A stretch of 64,000 bases of DNA from an uncultured Candidatus Binatia bacterium (GTDB taxonomy: Bacteria; Desulfobacterota; Binatia; UBA9968; CAXXLF01). The stretch spans positions 800,001 through 864,000 of the forward strand of contig OZ244621.1 of the NCBI GenBank assembly GCA_965218425.1, in the 5' to 3' direction. A model generated the notes under the pieces. That model searched no databases, was not told the origin of the DNA, and saw nothing but the letters and a program-made list of their open reading frames with translations. Positions 1-9,526 of the stretch are shown here, one piece after another. How positions within the stretch are numbered: position 1 is the first letter of the stretch; the number at the start of each line of letters is the position of its first letter. Both the position numbers and the translations under genes were made by a program.

Positions 1-1522
1 CCTAAAGACGGTCATCTGCGAGAGCCGGCTTGAGAATGGGGGTAGACTTTCCAGCGAAGAGCTGACGATACCCGGGTACTGGCACAACACGTTGACATAC
101 TTTCAGGACAAGCGCGACATTTCGCCAGTGTGGAAAGAACTCAACTGGGAGGAGGGGCACCACGCGGAGTTCATTTCTCCACCCGTGATCAGCTCGTTGC
201 TATTGCCAGATGGTCAATCGATCTCCCACCACCAGTCTTTGGAGGCTACCGTTGCGTCCATTAGGGAATTTTCGGCCAAAGACGCTGATACCTGGCGCAA
301 CACCCACGATCGATTTAACCAATATATTCGCCACACTCTGATCCCCACCTACTACCAACCTCCTGGGGTTAACGGATCGCCCGGTCAATTTCTAGGAACC
401 GATGAGGTGTCGCAGGAATTTAAACGCCTAGCTGAAAAGACACCGAAACATGTGGTGGATGAACTGTTTGAAAACGACGCCGTCAAGATTTTGGTCCTGA
501 GCCAGATGGCAATTCCCCGCGGTGTCGGAATCGACTATGAGGGTGGAGGAGTGGAGGTGCTGACAATGATCGCCGGCGACGAGAAACCGGAACTTGCCCG
601 TGGCGGGTCGCACTCCATTGCCCAGGTGCTCCAGAGGGCCTATGTGCGCCGGGGTGGGCAGATTCGAGCGGTCCATCACGTTGAAAAGATTCTGGTGGAG
701 AACGGCCGTGCCGTGGGTGTCCGGCTGAGCGACGGGCGGGAATGGCAGGCAAAGCTCGCCGTCATCTCCAACGTGGATCCTCAATCGACCTTCATCGACA
801 TGATCGGCGAGGAAAAGCTTCCCAGAGAGTTCGTCGATAAGGTCAAAGGGATTCAGCTCGATGAGTTCACCTACTTTCAGGTCCATCTCGCCCTCAAAAA
901 CCCGATTCGTTATGCGATTCATGAGGCCAATGATCCGGCAGTTCGTCAGGCGATGAACGTGAACTTCGGTCCAGTGAAACCGGGAGACCTCGAAGGGATG
1001 TGGGCGGAAATCCGCGCCGGCGAGTTCCCGAGCCATCACTGTTTTCATATCTCAGCCCCCACCCAACTGGATCCCCTTCATGCCCCCTCGAGTAAACATA
1101 CCGCATCGCTGTTCATGCCGGTGCCCTTTGAATTGAAGGGTAAGAAACCGGAAGACTGGGTGAAGCTAAAAAATAGCTTCATGGATAGAGTCCTCGCCGA
1201 CTGGCGCAGGGTCGCGACCAACCTCACTGACGAGAACATCGAGATGAAGGTCGCCCTCGATCCATTTTACCTTTCAGGTCGGTGGAGAAATATGCGCCGC
1301 GGATCGGTCTGGGTGGCGCGCAAGATTCCTTCCCAGATGAATGCAAATCGACCCATTCCGGAACTGGCTAACTACCGGACTCCCATTGATGGGCTCTATC
1401 AAGTGGGGGTTGCGACTCACCCGGCAGATGCGGTCATTGCAGGCTCAGGCCGCAATGCCTGGCAGATCATTAAAGATGACCTGAAGCTGGACATCACCAG
1501 TCCAAATCAGGAGATGGGCTGA
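1..1522 (+). CDS. Phytoene desaturase-like NAD(P)/FAD-dependent oxidoreductase (5' truncated by window edge)
   Basis: The frame is open upstream of the TTG at 92 (LKTVICESRLENGG...PGYWHN). It carries GGSHSIAQVL, VEKILVENGRAVGV and C-terminal YRTPIDGLYQVG...HP motifs, and is a paralog of the next gene. Confidence 0.85.
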   Translation, partial: LKTVICESRLENGGRLSSEELTIPGYWHNTLTYFQDKRDISPVWKELNWEEGHHAEFISPPVISSLLLPDGQSISHHQSLEATVASIREFSAKDADTWRNTHDRFNQYIRHTLIPTYYQPPGVNGSPGQFLGTDEVSQEFKRLAEKTPKHVVDELFENDAVKILVLSQMAIPRGVGIDYEGGGVEVLTMIAGDEKPELARGGSHSIAQVLQRAYVRRGGQIRAVHHVEKILVENGRAVGVRLSDGREWQAKLAVISNVDPQSTFIDMIGEEKLPREFVDKVKGIQLDEFTYFQVHLALKNPIRYAIHEANDPAVRQAMNVNFGPVKPGDLEGMWAEIRAGEFPSHHCFHISAPTQLDPLHAPSSKHTASLFMPVPFELKGKKPEDWVKLKNSFMDRVLADWRRVATNLTDENIEMKVALDPFYLSGRWRNMRRGSVWVARKIPSQMNANRPIPELANYRTPIDGLYQVGVATHPADAVIAGSGRNAWQIIKDDLKLDITSPNQEMG

Positions 1523-1532
1523 GGAGTCTTTC

Positions 1533-3155
1533 ATGGATAAAATTTTCGATTACGATGGGGTTGTCATTGGCGCAGGTCATAACGGAATGATTTGCGGCGG
1601 TTACCTGGGAAAATCGGGTCAAAAGGTCCTAGTGGTTGAGAAAAACATGGAGGTGGGCGGTGGCCTGGACTCCCATGAAGACCGAAATTACCCGGGCTTC
1701 TGGCATAACATTCACTCGGTTTTTCACCGCGGCCTGATGATGCTGCCATGGTTTGAAGATCTCGAGCTAGAGACCATGGGGATCCATTACTACCGGCCTG
1801 ATCCCGGTGTGGTGCACCATTTCTTGGATAAATCCTACCTCGGCTGGTTCGCCGATGTGGACCGCACGATGGCAACAATCCAGCAGTTTTCTAAAAAAGA
1901 TGCCGCTACCTTCAAGGAGATTTGGACCCGCTGGCAGCCCGTGGTGAATAATATTATTTTTCCTGAGACCTACTCGCCCCCGGTATCGCTGGAGGAAAAA
2001 CGTCCTCTCCTCGAGAAACTCCCAGAGGGGCGCGAATACCTTAAATACTTCGATACCACTCCACAGGAATTCATTCTCACCCACTTCGAACATCCACGCG
2101 TCCAGGCCTTCATTGGCTTCCTCGGCGTGATGCGAGGCTACGAATTGGACGGACGGAGAACGGGTTATCTGATCCCCGCCATGATCGCCTGGGGCGTGAA
2201 TCCGCAGCTCTGCCGAGGCACCTCGCATGCCCTGGGTGACAATCTCGCCCACATGCTCTCGCACAATGGCATCGACTACATCGAAGCTGTTGGAGTCGAA
2301 CGTATCCTGATTAAGGAAGGGCGAGCCACGGGTGTCGTTCTTGAAGATGGGACGATGGTCAGGGCGCATCGGTTTATCGCGTCCAACGTGAACCCTGTGG
2401 AGACTTTCATAAAGCTCGTGGGTCGTGAGAATCTCACTCCAGACTTTGCTGATAAGGCCGAAAACTTCCAGTTTTCGAAAACAACACCTATCTTTGCCGT
2501 CAATCTCGCGTTGAACGAGCGTCCAAAGTACCTAACCGAAGAGGAGCATCCGGAGGTGGCCGGCTCATTCATGCACATCGTCGGTCTAGACAACTACGAA
2601 GACCTCAAGAACCTTTTTGAAGACTGCCGCACCGGACAGCTTCCCCGAAAACCATTTATGAATGGGGCGACACCATCATTTCACGACCCGACGCAGGCGC
2701 CCCCAGGCAAGGCCACGGCCTTTATGTGGCAGCTGGCACCCTACAACCTGAACGGCAATCCGCTGAATTGGGACAGGGTTCGCCGCGAGTGGTTCGAGAA
2801 ACAACTTGCGGTGTGGCAGAAATATGCGCCCAATCTAACCGAAGAGAACATCCTGTCAAAAGATTCGACCACGCCCCTCGATATCGAGCGGCACGACAAG
2901 AACATGTACTGCGGTGACTGGATGATCGGGGAGTACACGGGGGCTCAGGCCCTGGAAAATCGACCGTTTCCAGGATGGTCACAGCACCGTACACCCATCA
3001 AAGGTCTCTATCTGTGCGGCTCTTCCTGTCACCCGGGTGGCAACATCACCGGTGCGCCGGGTTATAACGCTGCCAAGATTATCGGGGAAGACCTGGGCAT
3101 CCATCCATGGTGGAAACCGATAGATTTCAAATCACGCCTGGCTGGGCTCCGGTAG
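1533..3155 (+). CDS. Phytoene desaturase-like NAD(P)/FAD-dependent oxidoreductase
   Basis: N-terminal FAD motif IGAGHNG...VVEK...GG, C-terminal RTPIKGLYLCGSSCHPGGNITGAPGYNAA; SD GAGGAG upstream. Confidence 0.9.
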   Translation: MDKIFDYDGVVIGAGHNGMICGGYLGKSGQKVLVVEKNMEVGGGLDSHEDRNYPGFWHNIHSVFHRGLMMLPWFEDLELETMGIHYYRPDPGVVHHFLDKSYLGWFADVDRTMATIQQFSKKDAATFKEIWTRWQPVVNNIIFPETYSPPVSLEEKRPLLEKLPEGREYLKYFDTTPQEFILTHFEHPRVQAFIGFLGVMRGYELDGRRTGYLIPAMIAWGVNPQLCRGTSHALGDNLAHMLSHNGIDYIEAVGVERILIKEGRATGVVLEDGTMVRAHRFIASNVNPVETFIKLVGRENLTPDFADKAENFQFSKTTPIFAVNLALNERPKYLTEEEHPEVAGSFMHIVGLDNYEDLKNLFEDCRTGQLPRKPFMNGATPSFHDPTQAPPGKATAFMWQLAPYNLNGNPLNWDRVRREWFEKQLAVWQKYAPNLTEENILSKDSTTPLDIERHDKNMYCGDWMIGEYTGAQALENRPFPGWSQHRTPIKGLYLCGSSCHPGGNITGAPGYNAAKIIGEDLGIHPWWKPIDFKSRLAGLR

Positions 3156-3162
3156 GAACACT

Positions 3163-3906
3163 ATGAGACTGGAAAGCAAAGTAGCAATTGTAACCGGCGG
3201 AGCACGTAATATCGGCGCCGTCTATGCTAAGCGGCTGGCGGCCGAGGGTGCCAAAGTAGTCATTGCCGATGTCTTGGACGGCATTGAGGTCGTCAAAGAA
3301 ATCGAGCAGACAAAGGGGGAAGCCCTCAGCCTGACGGTCGATGTCTCAAAGGAAGAGGACACGGTTCACATGGCCCAGGAAACAGTCAAGCGCTTTGGCG
3401 GCATCGATATTCTGGTAAACAACGCGGCGATTTTTCTGAGCATCAACCGGCGTCCTTTTTACGAGCTCTCATCGGAAGAATGGGATCAGGTCACCTCGGT
3501 GAATATCAAGGGACCCTTCCTGTGCGCCAAAGCGGTCTTTTCACAGATGAAGAATCAAGGGAGCGGGAAAATCATCAACATATCCTCCTCCACGGCACTG
3601 CAAGGCACTCCCCTCTTCCTGCATTATGTGGCCTTCAAGGCAACGCTCATCGGAATGACCAGGTCTCTGGCAAGAGAGTTGGGAGAATATGGAATATGCG
3701 TCAATGCCATTGCCCCAGGTCTGGTGGAGCACGAAGGGCAAACCGCACCCAAAGCGTTCACCGAGTTTCAGCTGAAGGTTAGATCACTCAAGAGGCTCGA
3801 AACCCCGGATGATTTAATCGGGACCCTCGTTTACCTGGCCTCCTTAGACAGCGACTTCGTCACGGGACAAACCATCGTCGTGGACGGTGGGAGCATTTTT
3901 CACTGA
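3163..3906 (+). CDS. Short-chain dehydrogenase/reductase
   Basis: TGGARNIG, DILVNNAA, YxxxK (YVAFK), VTGQTIVVDGG. Confidence 0.92.
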   Translation: MRLESKVAIVTGGARNIGAVYAKRLAAEGAKVVIADVLDGIEVVKEIEQTKGEALSLTVDVSKEEDTVHMAQETVKRFGGIDILVNNAAIFLSINRRPFYELSSEEWDQVTSVNIKGPFLCAKAVFSQMKNQGSGKIINISSSTALQGTPLFLHYVAFKATLIGMTRSLARELGEYGICVNAIAPGLVEHEGQTAPKAFTEFQLKVRSLKRLETPDDLIGTLVYLASLDSDFVTGQTIVVDGGSIFH

Positions 3907-3913
3907 GACAACG

Positions 3914-5359
3914 ATGCCAAAAAATTTAAGAACCTTCCTCGAAGACATGCGCCAGGAAAATCCCGGGGAAGTGATTCATATCTCCAAGGTGGTCAATCCT
4001 TCCAAACATGATATCAGCGCAATCATCGAGCACCTTGCGGCGCAAAAGAAATTTCCCATCCTGGTTTTCGAGCAGCCGCTTAACCTCCATGGGCAGACAA
4101 ACAATTTCAAGCTCATCATGAACTGCGAGGTCTCGCTCAGAAAGATCCAAGTCGCGCTTGGAGTGCCGAGGGATATGAATCGTGCGGAACTGGCCATCGA
4201 ATGCTTAAGGAGAGAAGAAAACAAGAGAGATCCCATTGTCATTAATAAAAGCGAAGCTCCCGTTAAAGAGGTGATTCACTCGGGTGCAGACGTGGACCTC
4301 TTTGATTTGCCGGTCATGCGGCACCACGAAATGGACGGTGGCCCTTACATCGATATGTCCAGTGTAGGTAGAGACCGGGAGACCGGTGTCTACAATGTTT
4401 CCTTCCACCGTATGGAGCTCAAGGACCGTAACCACACGGGATTTTTACTCTCGTTGCAACACATGTGGCGAATCTTTAAAGCGTACGAGGAACACGGCGA
4501 GGAATGCCCGGTTGCAACCGTGACCGGCCACCATCCCGCTTACCAGATGGGAGCCTGCTACAAAGGCCTATCTGAGATCAGCGAATACGAGGTCATCGGG
4601 GGCTATCTTCAAGAACCGTTACGTCTGACAGCCTCGGAGACCTTTGGAGACAAGCTATTGGTCCCAGCAGACGCCGAAATCGTGATTGAAGGCGCCCTAT
4701 TGCCCGGCAAACGAGTTGTGGAGGGACCCTTCGGAGAGGTTCACGGCTACATGGGGCCTCAGGGATTTCAACAGTCTCCCATGTACGAGATTCGAGCAAT
4801 CACGTACCGCAAGGACGCCATGCATCAGTCGGTTATTACTCCGGCAGGTGACAAACCCTGGATGGACCTGGCGCGCGAGGGGGCCTATTTGCGGCGCTGC
4901 CAAGAAGCGGTCCCAGGTGTCAACGCGGTCTGCAAAAATGGCCGCCACGCCCTGCTCAATGTCTTCATCTCAATGAAAAAGATGTCCGAGGGCGACCCGG
5001 GCCGGGCGGCAGCGGCAGCCTTGAGTTTCGACCAATGCAAGAACGTGTTCATTTTCGACGACGACATCGACGTCTACAACCCTACCGAGATTCTCTGGGC
5101 CTTGGCCACCCGGGTGCAACCCCACCGGCAGGTTTCCATCATCAAGGAGATTATGAGAGGACCCCTCGTGGATCCTTCAATGACGGACGGATTCAAATCC
5201 TCGGCCATGATTGTCGACGCTACCCGCCCTTTGGACCGTCCCTTCTCACAGGTCTCTAAATGCCCTGATGATGCCCGCGCCCGGATTCGACTTGAGGACT
5301 ATATCCCCAAAGATTTGCTCGACAGAATACCCCTTGACCGGACTACCTATTGGGGTTGA
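3914..5359 (+). CDS. UbiD-family prFMN-dependent (de)carboxylase
   Basis: Start MPKNLRTFLE (ATG 3914); DGGPY, NVSFHR, AEIVIEG, EGPFGE, DDDIDV...WALATR and DAT motifs. Confidence 0.92.
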   Translation: MPKNLRTFLEDMRQENPGEVIHISKVVNPSKHDISAIIEHLAAQKKFPILVFEQPLNLHGQTNNFKLIMNCEVSLRKIQVALGVPRDMNRAELAIECLRREENKRDPIVINKSEAPVKEVIHSGADVDLFDLPVMRHHEMDGGPYIDMSSVGRDRETGVYNVSFHRMELKDRNHTGFLLSLQHMWRIFKAYEEHGEECPVATVTGHHPAYQMGACYKGLSEISEYEVIGGYLQEPLRLTASETFGDKLLVPADAEIVIEGALLPGKRVVEGPFGEVHGYMGPQGFQQSPMYEIRAITYRKDAMHQSVITPAGDKPWMDLAREGAYLRRCQEAVPGVNAVCKNGRHALLNVFISMKKMSEGDPGRAAAAALSFDQCKNVFIFDDDIDVYNPTEILWALATRVQPHRQVSIIKEIMRGPLVDPSMTDGFKSSAMIVDATRPLDRPFSQVSKCPDDARARIRLEDYIPKDLLDRIPLDRTTYWG

Positions 5360-5394
5360 ATTCTCATCATAGGCCCCGCCCTGTACACTGGAAG

Positions 5395-5422
5395 TTGAAT
5401 TCAATGGCCTGAAGGTTATTCT
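5395..5422 (+). promoter_or_regulatory. Putative sigma70 promoter (near-leaderless) for the ABC operon
   Basis: TTGAAT-N16-TATTCT, 8 nt before ATG 5431; no SD. Confidence 0.4.
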
Positions 5423-5430
5423 TACATCTC

Positions 5431-6354
5431 ATGATCGTTGAAGCTCATAGTGTTTCAAAACAGTTTGGGGACAGATTTGCCGTGAAGGATCTAAACCTTG
5501 AGGTGCCGCCCGGTGTCTGTTTTGGACTCCTGGGACCCAACGGGGCGGGAAAAACCACCACCATGCGCATGCTCTACGGCGTCACCCGTCCAACAAAGGG
5601 AAAGATCCTGGTGTTCGGCATCGACATCGCCCAGAACCCGCGCAGGGTAAAGTCCCGCTTAGGGGTGACTCTCCAGCAGAACGTCCACATTGAAGCCCTG
5701 TCACCTGAAGAAAACCTCCGCGTGTTTGGACGGTATCACTTGATGCGAGAGCCCGAGCTCTCCCGGCGGGTTGACGACCTCATGGATTTTCTCGAGCTCA
5801 GGTCCCACGCAAAGATGCCCGTCAGACAGCTCTCGGGGGGATTTCAACGGCGTCTGGCCATTGCTCTCTCTCTCATGAACCGACCGGAACTCCTCATCCT
5901 CGACGAACCCACCACAGGGTTGGATCCGGCCGTGCGTCTTGCCCTCTGGTCTCGCATACGAGAGTTACAGGCCCGAGGCACCACAGTCCTGTTAACCACA
6001 CATTACATGGACGAGGCCCAGCGTCTCTGCGACCAGGTGGCTGTCATCTCCGCCGGAAAAGTCATCCAAGAGGGCAGACCCAGCGAGCTGATTACCACAC
6101 ACCTGGCTAGGGAAACCGTAGAGTTGGACTGCGATCCTGAGGAAGAGTCCATTTTTCTCGACGGCACCGTATCACCGCCCCGTCGTCTCCGTGTCGGCAA
6201 TCGCATCATGGTCTACATAGACGACGCCACCCCCTTTATTGACCGTATCCGCGACCAGGACCGGGGAGACCGCAGGACACTGGTGGTCCGACCCACCAAC
6301 CTCGAAGACGTATTCCTCGCTCTCACCGGTACCAGCCTGGAGGGGGCCTTGTGA
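5431..6354 (+). CDS. ABC-2 type exporter ATP-binding subunit (NodI/DrrA-like)
   Basis: Walker A GPNGAGKT, signature LSGG, Walker B LLILDEPT, TTHYMDEA, terminal NLEDVFL. Confidence 0.92.
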   Translation: MIVEAHSVSKQFGDRFAVKDLNLEVPPGVCFGLLGPNGAGKTTTMRMLYGVTRPTKGKILVFGIDIAQNPRRVKSRLGVTLQQNVHIEALSPEENLRVFGRYHLMREPELSRRVDDLMDFLELRSHAKMPVRQLSGGFQRRLAIALSLMNRPELLILDEPTTGLDPAVRLALWSRIRELQARGTTVLLTTHYMDEAQRLCDQVAVISAGKVIQEGRPSELITTHLARETVELDCDPEEESIFLDGTVSPPRRLRVGNRIMVYIDDATPFIDRIRDQDRGDRRTLVVRPTNLEDVFLALTGTSLEGAL

Positions 6355-7118
6355 GCGTTTCCCTTTCACACGCGCTATCGGTCTGGCGGCGCGATGCGGC
6401 CATGTACCGCCGCACCTGGAAGTTGAATATCTTGCCAAACTTTTTTGAACCTGTGCTCTATCTTCTTTCCATCGGCATTGGTGTGGGAGCGTACATTTCA
6501 GAAATGGGCGGCATGTCATACATTGAGTTTCTCGCGCCCGGCCTCGTGTGTGTCGCTGCAATGAACGGTGCCAGCTTTGAATCGACTTACAATATTTATG
6601 TACGCCTTACCTTCGAGAAGGCCTATGACGCCATGCTCACAACACCCCTAGAGACTGACGACATCCTTTGCGGCGAGGTGTTTTGGGCCATCACACGGAC
6701 GTGTATTTACGGCGGATGCTTCTTCTTTGTACTCGCCCTGGTTGGGCTCGCGCCGCTCCCGTCCTCGCTCCTGGTGCTTCTCCTGATACCCCTCACGGGG
6801 CTCCTCTTCGCAGCCATCGGGATTACATTCACTCTTAAAATACCCAACATCGATCTTTTCAGCTTTTATTTCACTCTGTTCCTGACACCGCTCTTCCTGT
6901 TTTCCGGCGTGTTTTTCCCCCTCGAGGAACGATTGTCGGAAGGCTGGCTCTGGGTCGCGGAGGTCCTGCCGCTGCTCCACCCCGTACGCCTGGCCCGGGC
7001 TGCCTTTCGAGGCGAGTGGTCGTCCATCCTTTTGTGGGACCTCGCCTACCTGTTCACTGTTTCCGCATTGCTCCTTGCCTGGACGCGCCGATCGGTGCGG
7101 CAACGGTTGACAAACTAA
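6351..7118 (+). CDS. ABC-2 type exporter permease (NodJ-like)
   Basis: Six hydrophobic segments; EPVLYL, YIEFLAPG, LFSGVFFP, LPLLH; GTGA overlap with the ATPase. Confidence 0.9.
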   Translation: MSVSLSHALSVWRRDAAMYRRTWKLNILPNFFEPVLYLLSIGIGVGAYISEMGGMSYIEFLAPGLVCVAAMNGASFESTYNIYVRLTFEKAYDAMLTTPLETDDILCGEVFWAITRTCIYGGCFFFVLALVGLAPLPSSLLVLLLIPLTGLLFAAIGITFTLKIPNIDLFSFYFTLFLTPLFLFSGVFFPLEERLSEGWLWVAEVLPLLHPVRLARAAFRGEWSSILLWDLAYLFTVSALLLAWTRRSVRQRLTN

Positions 7119-7139
7119 GACAGGACTGGAAAAAGATGA

Positions 7140-7300
7140 CTCGCGCAAAGGCACAATCGAACTCAGTACTGAGTAAGTAAAGATGAGAATCAAGAATAGA
7201 GAATCGAAGATTGAAGATCGAAAAAAGGCTGAAAGAGAGATTCGAACGCTATGCGCTATGCCGCTAACAATCCGCGTAAGTCTGCGTGAATCAGCGGTTA
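7140..7300. repeat. Mosaic of short degenerate tandem repeats and a 14-bp palindrome
   Basis: ACTCAGTACTGAGT (7161-7174); 7-mers GAGAATC/AAGAATA/GAGAATC/GAAGATT/GAAGATC (7185-7219); CGCTATG x2 (7247-7260); 10-mers ATCCGCGTAA/GTCTGCGTGA/ATCAGCGGTT (7270-7299). Confidence 0.75.
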
Positions 7301-7343
7301 AGTTTTCAGTGAGTAATTCATTTGCATTGAACGGAGGAAAAGG

Positions 7344-8732
7344 ATGGGCGTCACTGCAGAAATCGTAGGTTTCGTATGCAAGACCAAATTCAACGACGTT
7401 CCCGAGGATGTGATTCGCTTGGCCAGAGGGTTCGCGCTGGACGGTTTGGGAGTGATCTTGTCCGGCTCCACAGAACGGGGATCAAAGATTCTTCACAACT
7501 ACGTCCGACAGATGGGAGGAAAAAAGGAATGCACGGTTTTCGGCGCAAGATTTAAGGCCCCCGCTCCCAAGGCCGCGTTGTCCAACGGCGTCTCGGGTCA
7601 CGCCATGGACTACGACGACACCCAACTGTCCACTTCGAAGGAGGCGGTTTACGGATTGTTGACCCATCCCACGACACCGGTTCTTTCCTCCGCGCTGGCC
7701 ATTGCGGAACGGCTCAAGAGCTCAGGGAAAGATTTCCTGCTTGCGTATATCATGGGTGTGGAGGCCGAGTGCAGGATTGCCGATGCCATCAATCCGCGCC
7801 ACTACCAAGCCGGCTTTCATACCACGGCAACCATAGGCGGGCTCGGCGCCACCGTCGCCGCGGGAAAGCTTCTCAGATTGAATGAAGAAGCGATGGAACG
7901 GGCCATGGCATTAGGAGGGAGCATGGCCTCCGGGTTGCGGGAAAACTTCGGCACCATGACCAAGCCCCTCCATGCCGGTAGATCCGCGGAAAATGGGGTA
8001 ACGGCGGCCCAATTGGCCAAGAAGGGATTTACTTCGGCCAAGGGTATCCTGGAGGCAAAGAGAGGTCTCTTCAACGCCATGGCGGGGGGATTCGACGAGT
8101 CGAAAATTTCTGGTCAGCTTGGAAATCCCTATTTCATGCAAGATCCAGGGATATCCATCAAGCCGTATCCCTCAGGCTCGTTGTCCCACCCCGCTCAGGA
8201 CCTCATTTTGGACATGGTCAACGAGCATGGCATCAACGCGGGCGATATTGAAACCATCGACGTTGGCACGAACTCCAATGTGCCAAATGCCCTCATCTAT
8301 CCAATGCCCGTCACCGCCCTGGAAGGTAAATTCAGCATCCCTTTTTGTATGGCCGTCGGCGTGCTGGAGCGAAAGGCGGGCATCGCTCAATTCACGGATC
8401 GAAAGGTACGGGAGCCCAAAGTCGTGGAGATGATGAAACGGGTCACCCTCTATGTAGACGACGAGTTGGAAGCCCTTGGCTACGACCAGGTGCGCTCACG
8501 CATTCGCATCAAGCTAAAGGACGGACGCACTGTTGAGGGCAGAGCCGACGTGGCTAAAGGCCATCCCTTGAAACCCATGAGCTGGGAGGACTTGGGAGAG
8601 AAGTTTCGCGACTGCGGACGCCTGATTCTGCCCCGGCGTAACGTGGATGGAGCCATCAATCTCGTTGGACAACTGGAACGCGAGCGAAACCTCTTGCCGT
8701 TAATCCGCCTTTTAGCGGCGGGCAAGAGATAA
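7344..8732 (+). CDS. MmgE/PrpD family protein
   Basis: GHAMDYDD, HPT, GFHTT, NFGTMTKPLHAG, IKPYPS, KFSIPF, KGHP motifs; SD GGAGG. Confidence 0.92.
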   Translation: MGVTAEIVGFVCKTKFNDVPEDVIRLARGFALDGLGVILSGSTERGSKILHNYVRQMGGKKECTVFGARFKAPAPKAALSNGVSGHAMDYDDTQLSTSKEAVYGLLTHPTTPVLSSALAIAERLKSSGKDFLLAYIMGVEAECRIADAINPRHYQAGFHTTATIGGLGATVAAGKLLRLNEEAMERAMALGGSMASGLRENFGTMTKPLHAGRSAENGVTAAQLAKKGFTSAKGILEAKRGLFNAMAGGFDESKISGQLGNPYFMQDPGISIKPYPSGSLSHPAQDLILDMVNEHGINAGDIETIDVGTNSNVPNALIYPMPVTALEGKFSIPFCMAVGVLERKAGIAQFTDRKVREPKVVEMMKRVTLYVDDELEALGYDQVRSRIRIKLKDGRTVEGRADVAKGHPLKPMSWEDLGEKFRDCGRLILPRRNVDGAINLVGQLERERNLLPLIRLLAAGKR

Positions 8733-8816
8733 CGTTAGCGTTGAGCAGCCGAGTAAGCTCAGAAATCAAATCACCTTTTTGATATTCTCCGCCCGATCCC
8801 TCGCTGTCAGGTGCCA

Positions 8817-9110
8817 TCAGAGCTGATACTTACTGATATCTAGTGCGCCGTGGAAGATTCCTAGCACATCGATGCCACCATCATTTTTGATCGGATATGC
8901 GATGCGGTATGACCGTAGAGGAGAATCCGCACATGGCGGTTCGACGCCCAGTAGCGATGCCCCCATCTCAGGAAAGTTAGCCAACGCCTGTATGCGGTCA
9001 TATATGGCGTTGACGGTATCGTCTGCCGCCTGCGGGTTATCTGCCGCAATGTATTCGAATATGTCCACGAGCCAACGCTGAGCTTTTGCCGTCCAAGTCA
9101 TTTTTGCCAT
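8817..9110 (-). pseudogene. RelE/ParE-family toxin with two compensating frameshifts; no antitoxin seen
   Basis: WTAKAQRWLVDIFEYIAADNPQAA...I..L..FPEMG and YRIAY...VLGIFHG are ParE-like; the family-typical middle (HRY...VRILLYGH) lies in another frame. Confidence 0.75.
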
Positions 9111-9131
9111 GAGCGGATGCGTCGCGCCATC

Positions 9132-9480
9132 TCACCATTTGAACGGCATCGCGCAGCGCGCAGGCGTCATGACCGCCCGCGAGTTAACCATGTAGAATGC
9201 CAGGCTACCAAGCACAAGAGCGCCCTCCACGGCCAGTGCGAGAAGACGGCTAGCCCAACGAGCACACTCCCGAGCTGCGATCTCGTGACGAGGAAATACG
9301 TGATGCCCGCCACCAGGGCCCGGGCAAGAGCGCTTGGAAGGCTGTGAGTGTACGGCATGTAGTAGAGGTCACGGGTGTTGGTCTTCTCGAAACCGGGGAC
9401 AATGCGAACTTTCTCGACGCCCAAGGGGATGAACATACCCCGGAAGACATCCAACGACTGTACGGCGATGAACAGAACTC
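9132..9480 (-). pseudogene. Remnant of a membrane protein (metal-dependent hydrolase-like family with PYTHSL / SHW motifs)
   Basis: VLFIAVQSLDV...GVEKVRIVPG...DLYYMPYTHSL...AVFSHW, then a jump to ALAVEGALVLGSLAFY in another frame; no start codon or N-terminus. Confidence 0.6.
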
Positions 9481-9526
9481 ATAAAGGATGATATATTTTT
9501 CGCTCGATTTCTAGCTACTGACTCCA

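Noticed and set aside
7183..7368. 61-aa ORF MRIKNRESKIEDRKK...
   Set aside because: It is the translation of heptamer and decamer repeat tracts; no SD or domain.
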